Below, in pieces: positions 37,881 to 51,201 of a DNA stretch of 64,000 nt. Location: NCBI GenBank assembly GCA_951406725.2, contig OX597818.1, positions 121,520,001-121,584,000 of the forward strand. Direction: 5' to 3'. Both the position numbers and the translations under genes were made by a program. Positions within the stretch are counted from its first letter, which is position 1; every line of letters begins with the position of its first letter. The DNA comes from Octopus vulgaris. Its lineage: Eukaryota. Under the pieces are notes generated by a model. It made no database searches and was not told the origin of the DNA. It saw nothing but the letters and a program-made list of their open reading frames with translations.

Positions 37881-40599
37881 ACCTGGAGAAAAACATAATC
37901 GATAATGCAAATGGTTTTCAGAATGGACGAAGTTGCCTGTCACAACTATTACAGCCTCATAACACTATCCTCAGTAATCGCTTGAGAGGCATTAACACTG
38001 ACTCTATATATGTCTTCATTTTACTAAAGTGCATGACAAGATTGATCGTGGAATCATCTGTCATAGGCTAAGAGATCTTGGTATCACAGGAAAACTCAGA
38101 ATGGCTCTTGGATTTCTTACGAGGTAGGAATCAATCTGTTGCTGCAAGCGGTTTTCTTTTTGCAAAATCACCCGTAGCAAGTGGTTTACCCCAGTGTTCG
38201 GTTCTGGGACCATTATTATTTATTATCACCCTATCAGGTAGAACCTCACAAGTGCACTCGGCCAATCTGCCTGGCTACACCGATGTCACAAAGGTATCGA
38301 TAGGTATCCAAACTCCAGAAAAAAGTGTCACATTCCATACTGAGCTGAACCTCACTTATCAATGGATAGATAAAAATATGAAATTTAATACATTAAAAAC
38401 GTTCGGGTTCTGCATTACGGAAGGAATACACATCATATTGACACCAGGTAACAATGATTCAGAGCGCAAAAGACATTGCGGAACTTGGGAGTAATAATGG
38501 CAAGTGATGCATCTTTCATCAACTCTATCTCCACACTGACCTCTAAATGCAGGCATCTTTTAGGATGGATCCTACGAACCTTCGTGAAAAAAGAACCGGT
38601 AGTTAAGCTGACTCTATGGAAACCTTTAGTACTGAGCAGATTAGATTACTGTAATTTAATATATTCAGTACTAATCAGAAGGATTACAAAGGATGTTCAT
38701 CAGTAAAATAACTTTGGTTAAAAGCCTTAATTCCTGGGAACGTCTGAAAGCTCTGCATCTCTACTTTCTTGAACGCCAAAGAAAAAGATATACGTATGGA
38801 AAATCCTGGAGGAGCTGTGTTCCAAACTTCGGTATTAGAGAGAATTTTGATGCACAAACTGGTAGATACTGTTAGCTTCCAAATATGCCACCTTCTAAAT
38901 GACGAGCAAAAACACATTATTGAGCCAGTTTGATATTTAGAGGTCCTCAATTGTTCGACTGCCTACCGAAAGAAATCGGGAGTATAAAAGGGACCTCGAC
39001 TGAAACATTCAAGAAATCATTAGATAAACTCCTAATTATGATACCAGATAAGCCAACCATTTCAAGGATCCGCTCAGGGAAGAGCAGCTGTTATAAACTT
39101 GATCATAGACCAAATTCCAACCATAAAGCTACAACAGAACTCGAAGGAAATCAAGGCAGTGTTGCAGCATGGCCGCAGCCCCACGACTGAAAATGCTAAA
39201 AGAATAAAAGAAAATGTACTTGATGCTATTCAACTTTATCTTGATCGAGTAGACCAATGGCTAGCGGAATTCCAGCTGTGACCATTCCGCCTTTATAAGA
39301 TATATTTAGTACTATATTATCCTTCCTCCTTTTTTAATGGGAGATGCTGCTAACTTGGACAGTTTAGTCAAGTCTGAAAAAAAAGTCAATATTTATAGCT
39401 GGTTTTATACCTGGCTTATTTTCGTGTCTTTTGTATATTTTAATGATTTTCCACAAAACAGAACAACTGATTATGTGGACTTTTAACGTGTAATAATTTC
39501 AACTGAGGCTACATACACACACACACACACACTTTCGACAAAATAACTGATTCGAACTGTTGTCTACTGTGTATGTTGATAGTCAGTCTCTTGATGTAGA
39601 ACAAAAAGTTAGAAACGAACCCCGTAAGCCTTTTTTCTCGTTTTTCAGTCAACTCCTTTAAGAAAAAGAAAAAGCCGAATATAATTTTCTACTTGCTTTC
39701 AAAAAAAAAAAAATGTAGGTGCGTCGCTTTTATAATTTTTTTTAACTGCTTAAGAGGACTACGTTGACCCCATTCATCTTTTTATTTCTACGACTCAGTA
39801 AGCAATGTGTTAGGTTAGTCACCTCCTACTGGGGAAAAATAAAAGTTGATATTTCACCGAGGCAAATGTTTGGTCATGCTGTCTTTCACCTGATAACACA
39901 TCGTTTTTGCTGACAATTCAATGTTAAAACTTTGTCCAGCGTTGATTATATTGTTCTAATTGAAAATCTACCCACAAATGATATAATACTAATAATCATT
40001 TACAGCGCTTTTAGTCATAATGCATGTGTATTATAGGATGTGAGTGCCGTAAGAAATTTAGAAGGAAAAAAAAAGTCAATTTTAACAAAAAGACATGTAG
40101 TTCAAACATCATTTATCATTCTTCATATCAAATTCCCTCGACATGCTTGATAACCTCTCGTTTTCTAAGCTAGCTAGGCTTTAGAATAGATTACAAGCAA
40201 AGTGGGTTGCCTCTATTTTTTTTTCTTTGTAATGAAGTTAAGGACGTTGTATTTGTTCAAAAGAAATTTTCCTTTTCTGAAGATCTATTTCTATAGTCTA
40301 TAACCTCTCTCACTCTCAACTTGATTGCTATTTTACTGGAAGTTTTACGGGGTTTAAATTTTAGTGCACGTGTTCTCTTGATTAGATTTTCTGCATTTTA
40401 TTATTTTATTATTTTACTAGTTTTAAGTCATTAGGCAACTGCCAAGATGGCAACCTGACCCCTAAAACTTTCGATTATATTGACCCAGTATTTTGTCTGG
40501 TACTCTTGGGGAAACAAAAGGGCAGTCAAATTTTGCGTAAATGATGTATATACACTTGGGACTAAATATCAAAAGGCATATTTGTTCGACACACCGATC

Positions 40600-41498
40600 A
40601 TGTTCAGCCATTCCATATAGTCACAGTCGCCAATCTTTTAGAATTGAGAGGGATTGTCCTCTAGATTTAACTTTTCTGGGTTCACGTGTGGCAACGTAAG
40701 TCTTTTCGAGGGTCACGAGTCGAATCACAGACTAGGCATTTTCTTGCCCCGCGGAAAAAGAGGTGCTTGTTCAGTTGGTCTCTTTGCGCTGCTTTCTGCA
40801 TTCATATTTGTCATCGAAATTTTCAATTCATGTTCTGTTGAGGTGTAAGGTTCCGTCATGAATGATCTGTCTCAACAGGTACCGAACATTCCCCAACCAA
40901 TTACACTCGTACACTTTAAACTGATTTTGTATTTTCTCGTATTCTTTATTCAGCAGGGAGGAAAAAAACGTTGTTTGGACAACCGATGGTCTGCTATTCG
41001 TTCGATATGGCCAGCCCATCGAAACTGATATCGTGTAATTACGATTTTAATGCCGAATATATTAGCTTGCCAGTAGATATCAACATCCCTCTCTCTTCTA
41101 CCATTGGCTGTACATGATTTTCTTTATTCATCCCCGGTGGTAAATTTTAAGCTTATGGTGATATCGCCTATAACGTAACCATTTTCAACCAAATATTTCT
41201 GAAATCTGGTTAACAACTGTCTTACACACCACAGCGTTCTTTTTTTTTCCATCTCGGGTCATGATCTTCTCATGCCTATCTCCTCAAGAGTAAAAGTTAT
41301 TCTGGCACGTCTTACCCATTGTTACGTCTACTTATCCGAATAGACGACTCTCCGCATTGTGGAAGTGTTATAGTTTTTCCACCATCTGTCTACATGTCCC
41401 AGTGACTAAAATAGGGCCCTTCTAGCTGACTTGTCGAAGCAAGGCCTTTCTTTTATTGGTAGTTAGAATCATTACGTGTTTAGAAGGCAAAGTTACAC

Positions 41499-41540
<42 letters not shown>

Positions 41541-43420
41541 TGTCTAGTGTCCTTCTGTGATCCTGACACTTTAACCGCTGAGCTATCCGCCTTCACCTGA
41601 CAGATAACAGATTGAAAGTTAAATGAGTGTCAGATGGTGCGGTGAATCGGTTGAGCAGAATTCTAGTGAAAATTTTTCAGCCAGTTAACAAAAGCAAGCT
41701 TCCTCTGTATTCTTATTAGTCTCCTTTCTGAAAGACGGTAATAATGGTTTGTTCCTTCTCGAGCCACGCCTGGCTCATCAGGGCCGGTTTCCCGGTTTCC
41801 TTGGTGTATAGGTTCCCCACGCTGGTCCGTCGCACGTGAGCTGCTAGATGCAGGAGGAAAGAGTGAGAGAAAGTTGTGGCGAAAGAGTCAGCATAAGTTC
41901 GCCATTACCTTCTGCTGGAGCCGCGTGGAGTTTAGGTGTTTCGCTCATAAACACACACATCGTCCAGTCTGAGATTCGAACCCGCGATCCCTCGTCCGTG
42001 AGTCCGCTGCTCTAACCACTAGGCCATGTGCCTCCACGTAATAATGGTTTGCATGTCTGAGATTATCAGCTATTTCTTTTTGCATCTATGTCAGCAGAAA
42101 CTCTGAATGAAATTGTCTTAATACTTCATCCTCATGTTTATATAACTTATACAACGTTGGAGACGAGTATCTCTTATTTTAGGGAACCGCGATGTAATGT
42201 AGCCAAGCTGTATATACATCATTAGCCTTTGCGGAATCCTGAGATCTTTCGCTCCCTGAGATCACAGTTACAGTTGAGTAAATCTGGTTTTCTTTTAATC
42301 GATTGTTGAGTGCTGTATGTACCCTTTGCTGTTTCTTTAGATCTAAAGATTGTTGGACATGTACTACGACCATAGATTAGCGCACAGAAGATACTTCCTA
42401 CACATGCATATCGGAGAATGTCCGGATTTCAAATGTGTTAGCCGGTCATCAATTGTTCGTTATTGCATGTGTTTTGACTTCAACCTTTGGTTGCTAGCAA
42501 GCGTCCTTTCTACGCTCTTTATTATAGTCCTTTTGTTTAGCATGAAAAGACGCTCTTTTTCAGTTCATCAGCTGCTTCATTTAGATGTTGTCCTTGGCAA
42601 GAAAATACCAAGTTTAGCTACACATGCACTAAGAGTTTCTGACAAACTGTAGAGGTGTCGTCTTTCAGAGTGCACCGTGTGTTTTCAACGAGGTCACAAT
42701 ATTTCAGATTGACAAATAATAGTTTGTAGTGTAGTGGTTCTGCCTTTGCTGGATCTAAAACAGAATCATTGTTGATTTTCTGCTGGCATCCTCTCTGCTG
42801 TCAACGTCGTTTTAGAATAAATTAAATCACCATTTTATATCGTATTAGGCAATTGTTTCTCGAAGTGTCGGGCATGTTAAGTGTACATCCTTGGAATCGT
42901 AGCCCGTACTAAAATATAATCATATTTCAGTGCTTTGTTCAGTGCTAAATTTCGAGTTAGTCTTGGATGCTTTTATATATTTCTTTTTCTTTAATTTCGC
43001 TAATTCAGACGTTCGAACCATTACCGACTTCGGTATTGAGGTCGCCCAACAAAATTATTTTTCAAATATCTTCTGAATAGTATGCATTCTAAGTGGAAAA
43101 TATGTCTTCAACTTCCGTGTCTGCTTCATGTGCGTATTTACTGAGGACTTAACTACCAAGCTTTAAGCAGTGAGCCAGCAGTCTTTCTTTGAAAGCATCA
43201 AAAAAATTACGTAAACTGTTGACTAGAGCATTGCAATTTACATTTGATTTCCTTGTATACGTCATTCTTCTGATATTTTCCTTTCCAGTTGAAGGTTTAT
43301 CAGCTACCATGTTTCTTCAGTTGTACCTCATTCATTAGCTTCCACTCACTAAGGGCCGCAATATCGATATTGAAGCGAACTGGTTCTCTAGAGACGAATG
43401 TTCAACTACGCTCCCGTTGT
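40600..43420 (-). mobile_element. Old RTE (BovB-like) LINE remnant
   Basis: APE motifs VSREPVRFNIDIAALSE (~43340-43400) and KIILLGDLN (~43050); C-terminal QFRWAGHIERIADHRLSKQ (~41000). Confidence 0.78.
41752..42037 (-). mobile_element. OR1-related SINE (body X, tail 2)
   Basis: 14-bp TSD GTAATAATGGTTTG at 41738-41751 and 42038-42051. Confidence 0.92.
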
Positions 43421-46016
43421 GGAATCCTAACTCCTTCCCAATTTACAGCGAATAGAGTGGACCTAGCAGTAATTGTTAATGACTCACAGAGAATGGGAAA
43501 TTAATTCCAGGAACTTAAGAATTTTCGCAACGATATTGAGTGGCTTGATGGAAAGGAAAGAGATTTGGTATTTGTTAGCAGATAGAAGTATTTCGATATT
43601 CTTGAACTTCGTTAGCAAAGCAAACTCAAACCTGCCTGATCAAAAAACAAAGATATTTATAAATAAAGTAAAAAAAAACACATTCCCTGTGGCTAATTAC
43701 CTAATTAATAGAAAATATGAGCTCAGAGGAAATAACTCAAGTAGGTCAATGGCATGAAATTAGACAAACCAGATAGATGTAATGAACGAATACATACAAA
43801 TATTCAATTTAAATTGATCTCTATCGGTAATAAAATGATTTTAAAATATTTAGTTTTAGCTTTCACACAGAACCTCAAAGCCTTTGAGGAAAGGAGATAC
43901 TGAGTTGAATAAATTTCAGCAGAGTGTGAACTGACAGATATTTTAGTCCGGCGCTCTTCTACTTTTGTTAATCCTGTGATTTTTAAGCGTAGAAACTACT
44001 AGCAAGTGTTTTGGGTCCCCCTACTTTATTGTAAAGGTGTGAAATGTAGTACCTGATTTGAGTTGAGAGGGGTCTTCTTAAGCCTGTATGCATGTTTCTA
44101 CATATATTTGTTAAATTTTTATACTGATCACCTATTTGTTGTTTATCTCCACCATTCAAAAGCTATTTCATTCAGACTTTAATATCTATAGTTTCAGCTG
44201 TGTAATAAGCCAATTTTGAAGCTTGGGGCCAAAAAGAAAGGTTGAAGCACAGTTAATAACGGCTTTGGTGTAGAGTTTTATTTATTAGTGCTAATAACTT
44301 AATCTACTTAGGTTAACGAAGGAAATAAAAAAAAAACTATTAAAGAATGTTATTCATGCATTGAAAGTCTTGAAGAGTACTACTTTTTCAACATTGAGCT
44401 TAAAGTATTTTGCTGAAATTTGCACAATAAGCATTTTTGGAGAGTGAGGGATAAAACACATTTCTGTACATATATTCAGTTATTTCTTGTCCATTATTAT
44501 TTATCTGGTGCTTTATTCACAGCTGGTCTGTTTTTGACCTTTTTGACAATTATTTTAGACAATCATTTGTAATGATTTTTAGAAGCTAGGTGAGAGCTTA
44601 TCAACTAATAAAGATTTGACAATAACATACCACCTAATACATGATTTATTTCTCAGGAAAGCTAAGCTTTCTTTTGAAATAACAGTTATGTCTCGTATAT
44701 AAAAAATCTGGATTCACTGAAGCTGAATTGAATTTCGATTATGTCGAAATCGTGAAAGTTCGGTTGTCTGGCTTGTATACACCCACTGGAGTCTATAACC
44801 TTGAACTCTTGATGTAATATGTGCACTTTACGACTATACTGGATTGTGACTGGAATTTGAATTTATCCACCGACATGAATCAAATCAGAAAATATATATC
44901 AAGTTGGACAGGATGTGCTGTGTCGCACCGCCTTTCATTCCTCTTAGTATTTGAGGGTTAAGCAATGACGTCTTTGTCATTTGTTGTACGCAAGCACGAG
45001 TGAGCAATAAAATGATTCCAGGAGAATAACTGAATGAAGAAAATCACAGGATTCAAACTTTTCTTTATATTGAATCTTGACTCTAACTTCTTCTGGTTTT
45101 GAACGTTCTTTTTCGTAACATTGTGACTGTTACTTTGAACTGAATTCCGTTAACATTACGAGTCATGGCTGACAATAATAATACCGGATTCTCTGAAGTT
45201 CAAGCAGTGACTCACTCCAATTGTACTCGTACTAGATTTTTCGCGGGTCTTTTGAATTTACGATGAGATCCCAATAAATAAGTTTCTTAATGTATAATGA
45301 GTGACTTACAAAAGATTTTAGGGTTAAATGGGTAGATCTACAGAGTAATAACCTAAAGTAGTACAATAGATGTGGATCATTTATCACTGTAGTTTGCAGA
45401 GTGTTTTAACATATATATATATATAAGTTCTATCCGCCCACAGGTGCAAAATACTTGAACTTCCTTTTGTCACTAGGTTCACAAATTCACAAAGGATTAA
45501 CAAAACACCATAGCCATCCATCATGTTTCCTCAACACCCAGTTCATGAATGGTGATGGTGATTATCCTAAACAGCTCTAATCTGGGTTTGACAAAATATG
45601 CTCTATTTGTGGCGGCAGGTTTCTAGGTTGATGTGTGTGTTTGTGGTGCGCAAGTGATAAAAGATAGTGATAACAGCATTCCATTTTCTCTCAAATTCAA
45701 CCCACATCTTCGTGATAATTACACTTGCTTGAAGTGTACTGCAAAGCAACCTACATTACCCATTCATTCACTTAGCCACTTTCTTACTCTCTATCCACCT
45801 CGCTAGCTTTCGTCTCGTTCTCTATTGCTCTCGTCCCTTCTGTCTCTCTCTCCTTCTCTTTCACACAAGCACACAGGTTTATGTATTTTAATGTTACAGC
45901 CTTTTTCTCGTGTATCTGGTGAATGAGAAATTTTGATGTTGTTACTGTCATCTGTTTCTTCCAATGCCTTGCACAGATTTTACCAGTGTATTTTGAATAT
46001 ATTATTTAGTCCTTTA

Positions 46017-46250
46017 AGGGCGGCGAGCTGGCAGAATCGTTAGCACGCCGGGCGAAATGCTTAGCGGGATTTCGTCTGCCGTTACGTTCTGAGTTCAAAT
46101 TCCGCCGAGGTCGACTTTGCCTTTCATCCTTTCGGGGTCGATTAAATAAATACCAGTTACGCACTGGGGTCAATGTAATCGACTTAATCCGTTTGTCTGT
46201 CCTTGTTTGTCCCTTCTATGTTGAACTCCCTGTGGGCAATACAGAAATAA
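46017..46250 (+). mobile_element. Meta-domain-like SINE, tail A monomer
   Basis: 16-bp TSD ATTATTTAGTCCTTTA at 46001-46016 and 46251-46266. Confidence 0.93.
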
Positions 46251-47344
46251 ATTATTTAGTCCTTTACGCTTACTAAGGAATTGGTGTCCTTTGAACCACA
46301 TGTTATTACAAGATCTTGTAACCATGGATAAAGAGAGACTGGAATGTATGCATGACACTCAGTTCGGCATAAGAATTATGAATAATTACATATGATATCG
46401 CGATCTTCCATAGCATTTTGTATCCATAATGCTCTGTGGTAGACGGTTCATACTGGTAAATATGTAATTTCCCTACATTGATTTTCATGCATTTTTCATA
46501 AGTATACGTATGTGTGTGTTTGAAAGATTATTTTTTAATAGCTTAGATTCAAGAAGGTTCCTAAGACTGGTTGACTATAAGGAGGTTATACAGGAAATAT
46601 GAATCGTCTTCATGTAGCCGCCTCTCTTTCACTGACTAAAAGTAGTAAGGCATTATGACACGCGTAGCAACTTTTTATCGGAAAAAGTTATACTTTTGTT
46701 AAAATAAAACGAAAACATTATTTAAAGAATTACCGGTCAGAATCGTTAGCACGCCGAATGGAATACCTCGTGGTATTCCGTCTGCCACTAAGTTCTGAGT
46801 TCAGACTCTGCTGAGGTCAACTTTTGCTCACATTGATATATTTTGTAACTGCTTTCATCGAACGAAGGGTGTGGAATAATTTTCACCTACCTTTTCTTTT
46901 TTATTACTTAATTCTTCACTAAGAAATTTGTATATAAATCCAGCAAAACTTGGGATAAATTTATACCTATCAATAAATAAAACCAAGATTTTATCTGAGA
47001 CCGTTTGAAAAAATAAATAGTTTCAGTAACATTCAAAAAGCTTCCACATACCCATGTGAATAACCTAGTTGTTGTTTTATGGTGCTAATAGGATGAGATT
47101 AAATCATTGTATATATCGGAAGAAAATGTGCTACATGTTGGTTTCTCACAGGAGTTTTCTACACTGTGTAATGCCCATACCCACATTGCTTTTCATCCTT
47201 CCAACCTCGATAAAGCTCTGAGGTGTCTTTACAATCGACGATACTCCAAAATGTGGCACTCCATCATGCCCACAGTTTGATTACTGAAGTCTATATGAAT
47301 ATTTTTAATCTGAAATATTTACTGGAATATATATTTAATCAGGG

Positions 47345-47575
47345 AAGGCGGCGAGCTGGCAGAAACGTTAGCGCGCCGAGCGAAATGCTTAGTGGTATTT
47401 CGTCTGTCGTTACGTTCTGAGTTCAAATTCTGCCGAGGTCGACTTCGCCTTTCATCCTTTCGGGGTCGATTAAATAAATACCAGTTTCGTACTGGGGTCG
47501 ATGTAATCGACTTAATCCCTTTGTCTGTTCTTATTTGTCCCCTCTATGTTTAGCCCCTTGTGGGTAGTAAAGAAA
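47345..47575 (+). mobile_element. Meta-domain-like SINE, tail A monomer
   Basis: Full length; approximate TSD ATATATTTAAYCAG. Confidence 0.9.
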
Positions 47576-47649
47576 TATATATATTTAACCAGCAACTTCT
47601 TTGAAATGGTTCTCTTCTTTGTTTTTACTTTTGCCCTCATTCCGCGAAT

Positions 47650-48070
47650 TGCACGCTTACCACCTGTTCTAATCACTGGCAATACTAATCCATGAGAAGA
47701 TCGTGAAGATAGTCTTCCGGCATCTCCTCCATCGGGTCCTATTAAAAACAATCGTCATTACAATTTCCAGCTGGATTCCTAAGCGTAACGAACCGATACT
47801 ACGGATATTATCCATCCATCTTGTTCTTAGTTTACTCCTCGATCTCCTGCCGGTTGGTTTGGTTTGGTTTGAATAATCCGTCATGTGATTATTTCTTGCA
47901 TCATTCTAATCGCATGTCTGTAGTACCAGAGCCGTGACCTCTCAATACGAAGCAGCGGTTCTACATGAAGAGATTCTCTGATTACCAAGCTACGCGCCCT
48001 ATCGAGTTACATTACTTGAGAGATCCTCTGGAGGAACCTCATTTCACAATCATATTCTTTCGGTCATTAC
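47650..48070 (-). mobile_element. RTE-clade (Expander/Rex3-like) LINE 3' fragment
   Basis: EMRFLQRI..LDRARS..IRESLHVEPLLRIERSRLWY..KPTGRRSRSKLRTRWMDNI. Confidence 0.82.
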
Positions 48071-50803
48071 CTAACATTAAATTGTTACTGAAGACTAAAT
48101 AGAAGCCAGTAAATTTTTCAAAAAGAAATTTCCGAGGCCCGCAGTGAATACTTCAATGGCTCACCTATTGCCGACTCCCGTCCTAAATTCTTAACAGTTG
48201 GTGATATTCTGTAAGAAATTTGAGTAGGTTACATGGTATCTTACTTATCTTTCTGACAAATTTTCCAACTTGGCCTGACAGATTGGGAATTTAGGTTGTC
48301 TTACTTTTTTCCGCACCCTCCTCTAAATCCATCTGTCATTGTTGTAAAGATAAATACTTTTTGTATAATTGGAACAATGTCAATGGTCACCGTTAAGGAC
48401 AATATAGTGAACAGGAACGAACTTTTTTTTTTAATGAATTCAACACCCTCCCCATGCCAGCTCCCTATTCGCACATATTTTTCCCTCATAAGAAACTCCT
48501 AAAAAAAAAGGCAGTGTGCTCTACAATAGGGGTATTTAGAGTTATAATATGCATCATGTAATACAAGTATCCCATTCATGAGAACTCGCAGATCAAGGAT
48601 CACTCTCTCACACACACACACACATACAACATAGACAGCCACTATTTGCCATAGGAAGACATGTGAATGATAGTCAATCCTATTGATGTTCATATGAATA
48701 TTTAGTCGGTTTTGTAGGCGCCATATATCTTGATGGTGAGACACTGCTCAAAGGTAACTTTTTTATGCTCAGGTTAAACAACATTTTTTCTTTTATTCTG
48801 TCATAGAGCTATCTTTGTTGTTGTTGTTGTTATACAGATGGCGGGAAACTACGTGCTATCATACATGCATTCATGAATGTAACCATGAAAAATGTCAATA
48901 GAAACTGTTTCTTTCCCACGCTCCGCTTTAATAGACGCATAATCAGTGTATGTAGAAACACGATTCATTGAAACTTTAAACTGCATTCTCTATATACGAG
49001 AATATTACCCATAATTCTCTGTTTGTTGTATACACTTTATTGCTCGGAATTCAGCTAATTTAATATTTTCTTTCTTTACCGTGCGGAAACAGCTTCTGAA
49101 TTCATATTACACATAGCATTTAAAATTTGAATAATTTTGACTTGGATATCAATCGAATTTTCTGCCGTTTATTCGTTTGGAAGACTTCTCATATTTACAC
49201 GCGGTTTTCAAGTGTATAATATATTAGTTTTAATTAACGATCAACGTGGATAGAATATCTTCACTTAAAACTAATTGCATGTGATTTTTGTTCGTTCTCT
49301 CTCTCACCCCTATGTAACGTATCACGAATCCTGCTGTTATCCCAGAATAATTTAGCTGGTAGACATAGTACGCACAAAAGAGAAACATACTGTCAAACTT
49401 TCCCGGTGAAAAAAAAAAGCTTACCTATTTCAAAATAATAAAGCTAAATGAACCCCGTCCTCAGATTACAGCAGACACGTACTGTTTAAAACTAAACCTT
49501 TTTACTTTGTAATGCTTAAACTGTGCACTGTTTAAAACCAAACCTTTCAAAGTGTGTGTAATATTCAAAGTTGTTTTTCCTTCATTCGATGTAAAATTTT
49601 ACTATTTCGTAGAGAATAGACTTAATGCTTTAAATATATAAAGCAATTCATTGTACTTTATAATAATGAACTACTAAGAGATCTGCTAGTTTTTATATTT
49701 TTATTGTTCTCGTTAACATAAGTCAGGCCTATAATATACCTGTCATATAGATCCCGGGCAGCGTATACTTGACAGGTATAGCCTGTGTACACTTGTCTAC
49801 AATGTGTGTATCTTATAAGATTAACGACACTCAAGTTAGTTTATTATGTTGGGATTTATAAATAATTATATCTGATACGTTGAAGTATTCTGAGTATTAA
49901 AAGTATTGTTGAAATTCGTCAAAAATGCTTTTAAGAATTTGCAACGTATGAGCACTTTTAAATCTATGTTAACTGTTGAACGGTGGTGGGAGTTCATTCG
50001 TTTATTATGTCAAATGCACATGACTGACACTCTTGTTATATACTCGCTGTAGAAGAATTTTTACGGAAGTCCTTGACTACAGCCCTGCACGTGATCCTCA
50101 TTGCTTAATTAACCTCTAAGGTATTAATCTATGGATTTCTATAACGCAGATTGTAAACGAAAGATCACTATAAACCTTGGCAACCTTTTTTAATAGCAGG
50201 TATGTTTATTCATTAGAAATAGGAGAAAAATTAGTAAAAGGCTATTTTATATGGTTGACCTTACGAGTACCGTACAAAGAGCTGCATTCTGTGCGAGTGC
50301 TGTAGATTGCCTATGTCTGTATAAGACCGTAGTAATTAGATTTGATTTCAACTATATATTGCTCCTAATATAGCTGCGTGTGTTTCTCAATATTTATGTC
50401 TGTGTATAGCTTCTTAGACCGACAGTTAGCTACAGTAAAAAGGAAAAAAATAGATCTTAATAGGCATAACCAAGTCCAGCAGAAATTATAGGTTTTGGTA
50501 CGAGGGGCAATGGACGTTGAGGATTGTTAGCGGGACACAGGTTTGTTGAACAGGGTTCTCCCTCCACCAAAAAGACAAATTCTACCAGATGTAGATCTGG
50601 TCTAAAACCCTCCAAATATGAGACGGCTCTAATGAATTGAGATATCTCGGCTAATCACGTAGATGCCGTCAAGCACCATGGATTAGCCAATGAAACCAGG
50701 AAAACTAATAACAAATATCCATTACCACAGTGAACTTGTACACCCTCATCCAGTTAACTAATACTTTAGCAAATACTTACGATTTACTCCTATAGCCGAA
50801 TAT

Positions 50804-51201
50804 ATAGCCAGTGCCCACCTAAAAAAACACAGTTCTACTTGTGTATCACTCTTGAGCAACCCATCGCTGATCTGAGAGAACTAAATCGTGTTAGGATGTG
50901 GTATACACAAATCCTCACTGAACACGCAAGATACACAGTCAATAATGAATACAGGGTGAATGTGCTCTCTTTCAGTGAAGGCTAAGTAATATGTAATAGC
51001 CAGTGCCCACCTAAAAAAACACAGAAGCAGAAACACAGTTCTACTTGTGTATCACTCTTGAGTAGCCCATCGCTGATCTGAGAGAACTAAATCGTGTTAG
51101 GATATGGTATACACAAATCCTCACTGAACACACAAGATACACAGTCAATAATGAATACAGGATGAATGTGCTCTCTTTCAGTGGAGGCTAAGTAATATGT
51201 A
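50804..51201. repeat. Tandem duplication (192 + 206 bp)
   Basis: ATAGCCAGTGCCCACCT...GGCTAAGTAATATGTA occurs twice, with few substitutions and a 14-bp indel. Confidence 0.93.

Larger units (their letters stand above)
34540..39212 (+). mobile_element. Degenerate, near-complete ORF2 of a CR1-group LINE (APE + RT) with four nested insertions
   Basis: AALSETHL, IGIIYRSPD, LLTGDFNF, PTRRNNILDL, SASGPNGFP, IHKEGSRAKAKN, NGRSCLSQLL, SGLPQCSVLGPLLF, LVLSRLDYC and FKKSLDKLL..IPDKP motifs in the correct order, with stops and frameshifts. Confidence 0.92.

Noticed and set aside
41755-41790. CUGAUGA plus hairpin in SINE tail 2 (minus strand)
   Set aside because: No GAAA, stem III or NUH follows; better explained as a 3' stem-loop of the tail.
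43289-43504. AG acceptor followed by a 'YQLP' ORF as GST exon 2
   Set aside because: No PFG/LExDG context; the opposite strand is an RTE endonuclease remnant.
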